The notes under the pieces: generated by a model
What the model was told of the DNA's origin: nothing
The model's database searches: none
Seen by the model: only the letters and a program-made list of their open reading frames with translations
Source: Atribacterota bacterium
GTDB taxonomy: Bacteria; Atribacterota; Phoenicimicrobiia; Phoenicimicrobiales; Stramentimicrobiaceae
DNA length: 64,000 nt
Assembly: GCA_040767965.1 (NCBI GenBank)
Contig: JAXGNR010000005.1
Location: forward strand, 160,001 to 224,000
Reading direction: 5' to 3'
Program-made: the position numbers and the translations under genes
Shown here: in pieces, positions 11,809-20,433 of the stretch
Position numbering within the stretch: position 1 is the first letter of the stretch
How the letters are laid out: every line of letters starts with the position of its first letter

Positions 11809-12807
11809 ATGACCGATTTAAGTACCAAATATTTGGGCATTAAATTAAAAAATCCAATAGTTGCCTCTGCATCCCCGTTGTGTGAAGATATTGGAAATAT
11901 CAAACAGATGGAAAAAAGTGGGATTTCGGCTATAGTTTTACATTCACTTTTTGAGGAACAGATTCTTTTACAAGAAAAAGAGTTGGACTATGCTTTAACT
12001 CAAGGCACTGAGGCTTATGCTGAATCATTAAGCTATTTTCCTGATACAGATAATTATCGTTTTGCTCCTGATGAATATATTGAATATATTGCTAAAGTAA
12101 AAAAGGCTGTTGATATTCCAATTATCGGCAGCCTGAATGGAATCTCGAATAGTGGATGGATTGATTATGGCAAAAAAATTGAAGATGCAGGAGCAGATGC
12201 CCTTGAACTGAATATTTACTATTTACCTACTAAAAAAAATGTCACTGGTGAGTATGTTGAAAATAATTATATAGATTTAATTAAATCTATAAAGAAAAAC
12301 ATAGAAATACCAATTGCTGTTAAATTAAGCCCTTATTTTAGCTCAATTCCTGACATTGCAGACAAGCTTGCCGGTGAAGGAGCTGATGGCCTGGTTTTAT
12401 TTAATAGATTTTACCAGCCTGATATTGATATAGTAAAAATGAGTATAACTCCTGATCTGGAATTAAGTAGCTCATCTGAGTTGCGATTAAGATTAAGGTG
12501 GGTTGGACTGCTTTATCAGAAAATAAAAACTGACCTGGCAATTACAGGTGGAATCCATACTGCTGAAGATATAATCAAAGGCATATTAGCTGGTGCAAAT
12601 GTGACAATGATTACCTCAGCTTTATTATTAAAAGGGATTTCTTACATCGAAGAGCTTATTACAGACTTGGAAGAATGGATGAGAAAAAGCCAATACGATT
12701 CAATTCATGACATTCAAGGGCTTTTAAGTCATAAAAATATTAAAGAAACTGATGCCTTTGAAAGGGCAAATTATCTAAAAGTGTTAAGATCTTATCGCTT
12801 TGAATAA
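11809..12807 (+). CDS. Dihydroorotate-dehydrogenase-like FMN protein (NifJ-associated family)
   Basis: LKNPIVASASP, SLFEEQI, VKLSP, LFNRFYQPD, ITGGIH; lacks the ELNxSCP catalytic Cys loop (has ELNIYY). Confidence 0.85.
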   Translation: MTDLSTKYLGIKLKNPIVASASPLCEDIGNIKQMEKSGISAIVLHSLFEEQILLQEKELDYALTQGTEAYAESLSYFPDTDNYRFAPDEYIEYIAKVKKAVDIPIIGSLNGISNSGWIDYGKKIEDAGADALELNIYYLPTKKNVTGEYVENNYIDLIKSIKKNIEIPIAVKLSPYFSSIPDIADKLAGEGADGLVLFNRFYQPDIDIVKMSITPDLELSSSSELRLRLRWVGLLYQKIKTDLAITGGIHTAEDIIKGILAGANVTMITSALLLKGISYIEELITDLEEWMRKSQYDSIHDIQGLLSHKNIKETDAFERANYLKVLRSYRFE

Positions 12808-12835
12808 AAAGATTTTATCCTATATTGTTTTATAT

Positions 12836-12884
12836 TGAATAGGCAATTTGATTTTATGATTTTAAAAATCAAATTGCCTATTCA
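12836..12884. terminator. 20-bp perfect inverted repeat, likely terminator or stabilising hairpin
   Basis: TGAATAGGCAATTTGATTTT (12836-12855) / AAAATCAAATTGCCTATTCA (12865-12884) with a 9-nt loop. Confidence 0.7.
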
Positions 12885-12907
12885 TAAATAGAAAGGTTTT
12901 AAAAAAT

Positions 12908-13771
12908 ATGTTAGGAATAGAATGGGCACATATACCAGAAACTATTAATCCTGTACTATTATCCTTAGGCCAATTTAAAATATACTGGTATGGACTTATG
13001 TATCCTGTAGCCTTTTTAACCGCTTTTTCTATAGCTATTTATCGTATTCGTTCTGAAAAGTTAATTTTTAAAGAATCTACAGTGTTGGATTTTCTTATCT
13101 GGGCTATAATTATGTTAATTCTTGGAGCAAGGATAGGACATGTAATTTCTTCAGATATTGGGTACTATCTGGCTAATCCCTGGAGAATAATTTTACCATT
13201 TGAGTTTTCAGGAGGACTAAGCTATACAGGTATATTAGGGATGTCCTATCATGGTGGTATGATTGGCATTGTGTTGGCTTTTATAATATTTTGTTACAAA
13301 AGAGGAATTAATCACTGGCAATTTGCCGATATGGGTGTTCCGGGAATCCCCGCTGGTTATACCTTTGGTAGAATAGGGAATTTTATAAATGGAGAATTAT
13401 ACGGAAGGGTCACAGATTTGCCCTGGGGGATGTATTTTCCTAATGATCCCACTAATCAACTAAGACATCCTACTCAGTTATATGAAGCATTTTTTGAAGG
13501 AATTGTGCTCTTTATTATTTTATGGTATCTAAGAAAGAAAAAATGGTTTAATGGTTTAACATTGAGTATTTATTTTATTGGCTATGGGATAGTACGTTTT
13601 TTGAATGAATTTCTTAGGGAACCTTCACCTGTGACAGAAACAACCTATCTTGGTTTTATGAACTTAGCTCAAATAATGTCTTTACTGATGATTCTGGGTG
13701 GGTTCTTATTAATTATGTTCAGGAAAGACAAACCTTATTTCCCTATAGGCAAGGAGGATATTAATGAGTAA
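12908..13771 (+). CDS. lgt: Prolipoprotein diacylglyceryl transferase
   Basis: WYGLMY, GAR, GMSYHGG, GRIGNFINGELYGR, RHPTQLYE. Confidence 0.96.
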   Translation: MLGIEWAHIPETINPVLLSLGQFKIYWYGLMYPVAFLTAFSIAIYRIRSEKLIFKESTVLDFLIWAIIMLILGARIGHVISSDIGYYLANPWRIILPFEFSGGLSYTGILGMSYHGGMIGIVLAFIIFCYKRGINHWQFADMGVPGIPAGYTFGRIGNFINGELYGRVTDLPWGMYFPNDPTNQLRHPTQLYEAFFEGIVLFIILWYLRKKKWFNGLTLSIYFIGYGIVRFLNEFLREPSPVTETTYLGFMNLAQIMSLLMILGGFLLIMFRKDKPYFPIGKEDINE

Positions 13772-13844
13772 CCAATTTATAATTTTCTTAGCAATCATTG
13801 CTCTTGTTGCGTTTTTGTTCAAAGATGGCTTTCTGAATATATAA
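13764..13844 (+). CDS. Putative 26-aa single-TM small protein (MSNQFIIFLAIIALVAFLFKDGFLNI)
   Basis: SD AAGGAGG at 13751-13757, ATG 13764 overlapping the lgt end, hydrophobic core, TAA at 13842-13844; below the ORF-track size cutoff. Confidence 0.55.
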   Translation: MSNQFIIFLAIIALVAFLFKDGFLNI

Positions 13845-13927
13845 TTTTTATTTATCAGTCAAATAAACCAATAACGAGAACAACAATGGTATAATGATGT
13901 AAATATCAAATGAGAGGATTGTGAATT

Positions 13928-14500
13928 ATGTTAAAAGAATTAATATTGAAAAATAGAAGTTATAGACGCTTTGATGAAAAAAAAGAAATAAAAAAAGAAG
14001 ATTTACTTGATTTAATAGAACTAGCTAGACTGTCACCATCTGCAGCTAACAGACAACCTCTAAAATACTATATTTCTTGTGATCAGGAAATAAATAAGAA
14101 AATATTCAGCACTCTTGCATGGGCGGCATACCTTAAAGATTGGAATGGACCGGCAGAAGGTGAAAGACCAACTGGTTATATTATTATTCTTGGAGATAAA
14201 AATATCACTGAAAACTTTGGTGTTGATCCAGGAATTGTAGCACAGAGTATTTTGCTGGGCGCTGCTGAAAAAGGATTAGGCGGATGTATGTTTGGTTCAG
14301 TTTCACGTGAAAAATTAAGAAAACTGCTAAATATAACTTCTCAGTATGATATTTTATATGCACTGGCAATTGGTTATCCAACAGAGAAGATCCAAATAGA
14401 AAAGGTTACAGATAGTAATGATATTAAATATTGGAGAGATGAAAAACAGGTTCATCATGTACCAAAAAGAAGTCTTTCTGAGATTGTAATTTCTTCATAA
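13928..14500 (+). CDS. Nitroreductase family flavoprotein
   Basis: NRSYRRF, ARLSPSAANRQP, GLGGCM, AIGYP, PKRSL. Confidence 0.9.
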   Translation: MLKELILKNRSYRRFDEKKEIKKEDLLDLIELARLSPSAANRQPLKYYISCDQEINKKIFSTLAWAAYLKDWNGPAEGERPTGYIIILGDKNITENFGVDPGIVAQSILLGAAEKGLGGCMFGSVSREKLRKLLNITSQYDILYALAIGYPTEKIQIEKVTDSNDIKYWRDEKQVHHVPKRSLSEIVISS

Positions 14501-14536
14501 AGAAAATATATTTTTGAATAAATAGAAAGGAAAAAC

Positions 14537-15241
14537 TTGAAAATAATACGTACTATTTTGTGGTGGTTTTTTATAATAACAATTCCTATTTTATTGGTAA
14601 CCACAGTAGTCAGACTGGAAGTACAATTTTTACCATTTTACGAATATGAATATGAAAAAAACAGTATTAGTCAAATCACTGGATTTGATGATCACCAGTT
14701 AGGGATAATCACCAGACATTTAATACAATATTTTAACGATAAAATTAAAAATCCTCAATTAATTGTAGAAAAAAATAATAAAGCAATTCAACTATTTAAT
14801 GCTCATGAAATAATTCATTTAAAAGATGTCAAAGAAATATTTCAAATTGTATTTAGAGTACAATATATAGCTCTGGGATATTTCATCTTATATATGCTTG
14901 TTAATATCCTTTTTAAAAAAAAGGAAAAAATGTTTTATTTTTGGAAAGGTTTAAAAAATGGCAGCATTTTAACGGTTATCCTGCTTTCAATTCTGGGGAT
15001 AGGATTATTTACCGGATTTTATCAGCTATTTATTCAATTTCATTATCTAGTCTTTGGTGATCCTCAAAGTTCTCCCTGGATTCTAGATCCTAGAACAGAT
15101 CACCTGGTAATGATGTACCCGTTGAATTTTTGGCAGGATGCTGCTCTTTTGGGAGTATTTGTTATTTTAAGCACATCTATTATCCTTATTATGCTTAGTT
15201 GTTTAGTTTTGTTAAGCTATCGATCTAAAAGAAAAGAATAA
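14537..15241 (+). CDS. lit: TIGR01906/DUF1461 membrane protein, lipoprotein intramolecular transacylase (Lit)-like
   Basis: Four TM helices; EIIHLKDVK and FIQFHYLVF carry the two conserved His; W.lDP.tD.Lv.MyP..Fw segment. Confidence 0.72.
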   Translation: MKIIRTILWWFFIITIPILLVTTVVRLEVQFLPFYEYEYEKNSISQITGFDDHQLGIITRHLIQYFNDKIKNPQLIVEKNNKAIQLFNAHEIIHLKDVKEIFQIVFRVQYIALGYFILYMLVNILFKKKEKMFYFWKGLKNGSILTVILLSILGIGLFTGFYQLFIQFHYLVFGDPQSSPWILDPRTDHLVMMYPLNFWQDAALLGVFVILSTSIILIMLSCLVLLSYRSKRKE

Positions 15242-15427
15242 ATAATAATTTTTCATTTTTTTAAATTAATTTAAGTAAAAATAATAGTATGTGAATTGAT
15301 TTAGTCAGATTAATTCTGAATTTTAAAACTTTTGAAAAATTTTTTTGATAACCAGCAATAAAAGGCAAAAATTAAGTTGAAAATACAAAGCATGGTTATT
15401 AAGGAATTTTAAGATTAGGAGGGGAAA

Positions 15428-16375
15428 ATGTCGCTAGCTATTAATGCCACTATCCCTGAAGGAATTGTACTGGCAGCAGACAGTCGACAATCTTATCGAA
15501 ATCAAAAAGGCATGGCCAGAATAGGAAGTGATAATGCTTCAAAGCTTTTCCAATTAAATCAAAAAATTGGCATAGCCGTAACAGGTCTGTCTTTTCTACC
15601 AGAAAATGGTGTTTTAAAAAGTATCAGTAGTTATATTAAAGAATTCATCAAAAATAAACAGCTGGAAAGTTATTCTGTTGAAGAAATAGTAGAACACCTA
15701 ATTCGCCTGTTTAATGAAAAATATGAGTGGGAAAAACAATTGGAACAAACTAAACAGAGGATTGAAAAAGACTTGCTTCTAAAAAAATATGAAATACTGG
15801 AGATAATAAAAAGAGAATATCATATTGATTTTCGTTATAAAGATACTCAAGGATTAATAAGGAATGGTCTGGGCAAAATTGATCCTATCAGTTTTATTGT
15901 GGCTGGCATTAATAAAGATAGCTCTTACCAGGTATATACCTGCCATATTCCGGGAGAAAAAAAGAAAACAAGGGACAGTGGAGAAAGAGGGCATGAATAT
16001 GGTGCAAGTTGGATTGGACAGACTGATGTTGTTTCACGGATAGTATTGGGATTTGATGGACGTATTATTAATTTACCTTTCATTAATCAGCATAATAAGC
16101 AAATAGATAAGGATATGATGGGAAAACAGCTAAGAAATATGGAGTATGTTATTCAATGGGGAACTATGACCTTACAAGATGCTATTGATTTTTGCACGTT
16201 AATGATTGAAACAACTTCTGCAATACAGAAATTTTCTGATGGTATTAAGGCTAATCCTGGAGATTTGCCAGGAGTAGGCGGGCCAGTAGAGGTATTAACG
16301 ATCACACCAGAAGAAGGTTTCAGGTGGATCCGCAAGAAAAAAATTATAGTTCACGATTATCTTGTTAGTGATTAA
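15428..16375 (+). CDS. Proteasome-beta/Ntn-hydrolase-like protein with N-terminal Ser
   Basis: (M)SLAINATIPEGIVLAADSR gives S1...D17-S-R; DNASKLF, VTG, FIVAG and C-terminal VGGPVEVLTIT; SD AGGAGG. Confidence 0.75.
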   Translation: MSLAINATIPEGIVLAADSRQSYRNQKGMARIGSDNASKLFQLNQKIGIAVTGLSFLPENGVLKSISSYIKEFIKNKQLESYSVEEIVEHLIRLFNEKYEWEKQLEQTKQRIEKDLLLKKYEILEIIKREYHIDFRYKDTQGLIRNGLGKIDPISFIVAGINKDSSYQVYTCHIPGEKKKTRDSGERGHEYGASWIGQTDVVSRIVLGFDGRIINLPFINQHNKQIDKDMMGKQLRNMEYVIQWGTMTLQDAIDFCTLMIETTSAIQKFSDGIKANPGDLPGVGGPVEVLTITPEEGFRWIRKKKIIVHDYLVSD

Positions 16376-17784
16376 AGTTTAATTAAGCTAGAAACTGATT
16401 GACGAAAAGAGTTACCTCTGTCAAATTCATTTTGAAACATGCCAAAACTTGTTGCACCAGGTGAAAGTAAAATAATTGTACCTGGTATAGATTCTTCATA
16501 TGCTGTTTTGGTAGCAGCCTGCATACTTTCTGTAATTTTTATTATAGGTTTTAGCCCAAGCTCGTTTAGCTCTTTGAGTATAATTTCGCTAGCATCATAT
16601 TCGGGATGTTTCAAAATTACTATTGATAAGATATTATTGCTATTTCTGATTGCTTGGCACAAAGTATCGTATTTTAATTTCTTATTTCTGCCTCCCAGAA
16701 TTAGAGTAATTGGTTTTTTAGGAAAAGATTTGATGGCTGCAATTGTAGCTTCAGGAGTTGTAGCACAAGTGTCATTATAGAAATAAATATCATTAAAATT
16801 AGCAATTCTTTCCAGCCTATTAGGGACGCCTTTAAATGTCTTTATACCCTCTCTGATCTTGTTTATAGGTAAATTCATAAGAAAGGCTGCATTAATAGCT
16901 GCCATAGTATTTCCTATATTATGTTCTCCAGGAATAGGTATTTGATCAATGTTACAAATCACTGTTTTTTGATTGTTAAAACAGAAAATAATGCTTCCAT
17001 CCTCCAGATAACAGCCCTGAGGAACATTATTTTTAGTGCTAAACCAAAATATATTAGTAGCCTTCTCTTGTTCTATTTTTTTAGTAATAGGATTATCGAA
17101 ACTGGTAATTAAGAAATTGGTTGTATTTAAATATTGACAAATCAACTTTTCAGAATTAGCGTATTCCTCAAAGTCTTTGTAACGATCAAGATGATCTGGT
17201 ATAATATTTGTTAAAACAGCAATTTTAGGGTTAAATATTGTTTTTTTCATTCCCTCCAATTGCCAGCTGGAAATTTCAAGCAAGACAAATGTTTTTTCTT
17301 TAATTTCAGGCAAAACATCAAATACTGAGATTCCAATATTTCCACCATGAACTATATCTTTATTGGCATAGGAAAACAGGTGAAATATAAAATTAGTAAC
17401 AGTGCTTTTTCCTTTTGTGCCAGCAACTGCAATAAAATTATTGGAAGGGCATATTTTTAAAAATAAAGATAGATCTGTTTCAATAGGAGTCCCTAATTCT
17501 CTGGCAATCTGTAAGTATTTAGAGTTATTGGGAACACCGGGATTTTGTATAATCATATCTTTACCAATAAAATTTTCTGTTTTATGGCACCCTAAAACAT
17601 ATTCGATATTATAGTCTTTTAATTCATCCAGGGTTTTTTGCAGTTGATTTTTTCCCTTTAAATCAGTTACCAGAACATTGGCACCACTTTGAGCTAAAAA
17701 TTTTGTAATTCCTAATCCGCCTCTATTTAATCCCAGTCCCATTACTGTAATATTTTTATTTTTCAGGTCAATAAATTCTTTCAT
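16372..17784 (-). CDS. murD: UDP-N-acetylmuramoyl-L-alanine--D-glutamate ligase
   Basis: VMGLG, NPGVP, GTKGKST, GGNIG, LEISSWQL, DHLDRY, NDTCATTP, LLSPGATSF...F..RG. Confidence 0.95.
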   Translation of the reverse strand: MKEFIDLKNKNITVMGLGLNRGGLGITKFLAQSGANVLVTDLKGKNQLQKTLDELKDYNIEYVLGCHKTENFIGKDMIIQNPGVPNNSKYLQIARELGTPIETDLSLFLKICPSNNFIAVAGTKGKSTVTNFIFHLFSYANKDIVHGGNIGISVFDVLPEIKEKTFVLLEISSWQLEGMKKTIFNPKIAVLTNIIPDHLDRYKDFEEYANSEKLICQYLNTTNFLITSFDNPITKKIEQEKATNIFWFSTKNNVPQGCYLEDGSIIFCFNNQKTVICNIDQIPIPGEHNIGNTMAAINAAFLMNLPINKIREGIKTFKGVPNRLERIANFNDIYFYNDTCATTPEATIAAIKSFPKKPITLILGGRNKKLKYDTLCQAIRNSNNILSIVILKHPEYDASEIILKELNELGLKPIIKITESMQAATKTAYEESIPGTIILLSPGATSFGMFQNEFDRGNSFRQSVSSLIKL

Positions 17785-17970
17785 ATTAATATCACCTTAA
17801 AATGAAGCATACTATACAATATAACAGAATAACCAAAAAAGTGGTAGGCGAACAGGAAATATTTAATAACTAAAAGATCTATTATCTAATGTTATTTGGT
17901 GAAAATATTATTGCAAAAATATTAAAAGAAAATGAATGATCAAAAAATGTAAAATGTTTACTTTTTTCAT

Positions 17971-17999
17971 TTGACGAGGATTTTAAATTATAATACAAT
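17971..17999 (+). promoter_or_regulatory. Sigma70-type promoter for tRNA-Arg-tadA-tRNA-Ser
   Basis: TTGACG-17 nt-TACAAT. Confidence 0.6.
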
Positions 18000-18041
18000 C
18001 ATATTTAGCTTTATCATAGATAATGTATTTCCTTCATAAAT

Positions 18042-18118
18042 GCGCCCGTGGCTCAATTGGACAAAGCAACTGACTACGGATCAGTAGATTGGGGGTTCGA
18101 GTCCCTCCGGGCGCACCA
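18042..18118 (+). tRNA. tRNA-Arg (ACG)
   Basis: Acceptor GCGCCCG/CGGGCGC, anticodon arm ACTGA-CTACGGA-TCAGT, GTTCGAG T-loop, encoded CCA. Confidence 0.95.
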
Positions 18119-18151
18119 TTTTTTAAGATTTCATACCAAAAAGAATAACTT

Positions 18152-18610
18152 ATGACAAAAAATATAAATCAAACAATGATTAAAACAGCATTGGAACTAG
18201 CTCGGGATGCATATAATAGAGAAGAAGTTCCTGTTGGTGCCTTGATAGTTTTTGAAAATAGAATTATAGCTCAAGCTTCTAACAAAAAAGAAGAATTACA
18301 GGATCCGACTGCTCATGCTGAGATCCTGGTTTTAAGAGAAGCTTGTAGATCTATGCATAGCTGGAAACTAGATAATACAACTATTTATGTTACTTTAGAG
18401 CCGTGTCCTATGTGTGCATATGCAATTATTCAAGCAAGAGTGAAGCGTTTGGTTTTTGGAGCTTTTGATCCAAAGGCAGGAGCAGCTGGAAGTGTTTTAA
18501 ACTTGTTTAAGAGTAAAATGTTCAACCATGATGTAGAGGTCATTGGCGGGGTGTTGGAAGATGAATGTGGCTTAATTTTAAAGAATTTTTTTCAAGATAG
18601 AAGGATCTGA
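18152..18610 (+). CDS. tadA: tRNA adenosine(34) deaminase
   Basis: EVPVGA, DPTAHAE, TLEPCPMC, DPKAGA, FF..RR. Confidence 0.95.
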   Translation: MTKNINQTMIKTALELARDAYNREEVPVGALIVFENRIIAQASNKKEELQDPTAHAEILVLREACRSMHSWKLDNTTIYVTLEPCPMCAYAIIQARVKRLVFGAFDPKAGAAGSVLNLFKSKMFNHDVEVIGGVLEDECGLILKNFFQDRRI

Positions 18611-18650
18611 CCTAATACTGTATGCTTTAGAATAGATAATAAAAAAACAA

Positions 18651-18745
18651 GGAGAGGTGGCCGAGTCCGGCCGAAGGCGCTCGACTCGAAATCGAGTAGG
18701 CAGCTAATCCCTGTCTCGCGGGTTCGAATCCCGCTCTCTCCGCCA
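18651..18745 (+). tRNA. tRNA-Ser (CGA)
   Basis: Anticodon arm CTCGA-CTCGAAA-TCGAG, long variable arm, G73-CCA. Confidence 0.95.
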
Positions 18746-18963
18746 AAAAACAAATTATAATTTAACTTCTGTTTCAGATAAATATGGAATATGATAACTA
18801 AAAATAATATTTTCTTTACTAGCAATTCCGAGAAGCAATGTTCTGCGATTTTTTAATTAATTAATTTTTGTTTTTAATAAAATAAATTATTTTTATTTAG
18901 TTTTTCGATGCAGTTAAAGCAGGTAAAGGAAGGATAATTCTTATGAAATAACAGGGGAGCAGT

Positions 18964-19389
18964 ATGGACCATGTTGTATATTTAGATGCAAAAGCAGGTG
19001 AGTTGGATAATTTATTATCTGGTAAAAAAACTATGATTATAAGAGGAGCCACAGGCAGAAAATTACCATATGGGAAGGTAAATACAGGGGATAAACTGTA
19101 TTTAATTAATAATAATGCAGAGGGTACGATTAAGGCAATGGCAGTGGTTTCTTCTGTATTTAATTCTGAAAAAATGAACCGAGAGGAATCTGTTGATCTG
19201 ATCACAAAGAATCAGAACAAATTGTTATTAAATAGTATACAATTCAAACGGTGGGCTGGAAAGAGATATGTTGTGTTAATAGAGGTTGATACAATAGATG
19301 AAGTGAAACCCTTCACAATAGATAAAAGCGGTTATGGTAATATGGATGACTGGCTGCCGGTTGGAAATATTGAAAAAGTAAAAAAATAA
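18964..19389 (+). CDS. ASCH/PUA-like domain protein
   Basis: LLSGKKTMIIR (GxKxxxxR) followed by V..GD.LY, typical of the ASCH fold. Confidence 0.65.
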   Translation: MDHVVYLDAKAGELDNLLSGKKTMIIRGATGRKLPYGKVNTGDKLYLINNNAEGTIKAMAVVSSVFNSEKMNREESVDLITKNQNKLLLNSIQFKRWAGKRYVVLIEVDTIDEVKPFTIDKSGYGNMDDWLPVGNIEKVKK

Positions 19390-19765
19390 TCATTTAGTTA
19401 CTTTGTGTAATGTGATAATTGATATAATGCGAGAAAATAATTAAGTCAGAGAACAATAAGGATATTTATAATTTAAAATATTATAAAAAATTAAAAATTT
19501 AGATAACATCAAAAGCCCAAAAGTTGTAAATTAAAAAGAAAATGAATTAGAACATGGTTAAATCTTCTTATATGGGATTATATAGTCATATTTAGGTATT
19601 ACAAGAAAAATAATATAATTAATCAGAGTTTTGGTATCTTAAAGAATAAAAGTATTAAATGTTGCAACTCATACAAATTATTTCATTATTTTAATATTAA
19701 TTTAAGCAATAGTCTATCTAGATAACTTGACTAATTAAATTTCAGAGAATTTACAGAGGTAATTT

Positions 19766-20329
19766 ATGGGAATAAATTATCCAGAGATTGGTATATGCGG
19801 GCTTTCTTGTCGACTTTGCCCGCATTATCACATGAATACCGAAAGCCGCTGCCCGGGATGTAAAAGTGAAGATAGAATGAAAGTGGGATGTCCTTTTATT
19901 ACCTGTGCCATTAAGAGAAAGAGACTTGAGTTTTGCTGGCAATGTTCTGAAAGCCAAACTTGTGAGAAATGGAAAAATCATAGACAAGCAGGAAGGAAGA
20001 TTGATTCATTCAAATGTTATCAGAAATTAGAAAATGACATTGCTTTTATTAGCATTAAAGGGGTATCAGAATTTGAAAAAGACCAAAAAATAAGAGAGCA
20101 GTTATTGAGAGAAATGTTGGGATATTTTAATGAAGGCCATTCCAAAAGTTATTATTGCATTGCAGCTACTGTTCTGGAGATTGAAGAGCTTGAACTGGCA
20201 CTAGCAGAGGCAAAGCAAAAATCTGTTGGGTTTGATATAAAACATAAATCCAGAATATTTCACAATATATTAAATAATATCGCAAGAAAGAAAAACTATT
20301 ATTTGGGGCTGAGAAAGAATTCTAAATAG
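19766..20329 (+). CDS. Cys-rich DUF3795-like protein
   Basis: GICGLSCRLCP...CPGC...CPFITCA...FCWQCSESQTC. Confidence 0.7.
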   Translation: MGINYPEIGICGLSCRLCPHYHMNTESRCPGCKSEDRMKVGCPFITCAIKRKRLEFCWQCSESQTCEKWKNHRQAGRKIDSFKCYQKLENDIAFISIKGVSEFEKDQKIREQLLREMLGYFNEGHSKSYYCIAATVLEIEELELALAEAKQKSVGFDIKHKSRIFHNILNNIARKKNYYLGLRKNSK

Positions 20330-20433
20330 TTTGAGGATAAAGGTGGATTGCAAAACAGACTCTTGAGCCAGTAAAAAGATAATTGAGAGAAAAGATTAAA
20401 AGAATTTCAAAAGCTATTGTTTGAGATTTTACA

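Noticed and set aside
18592-18825. Minus-strand 77-aa ORF, and likewise 23718..23945
   Set aside because: Antisense to tRNA-Ser and to the SRP RNA respectively
19390-19765. Long AT-rich spacers in the islet (also 21864-22098) as ncRNAs or gene remnants
   Set aside because: No stable structure, repeat or recognisable coding fragment visible by eye
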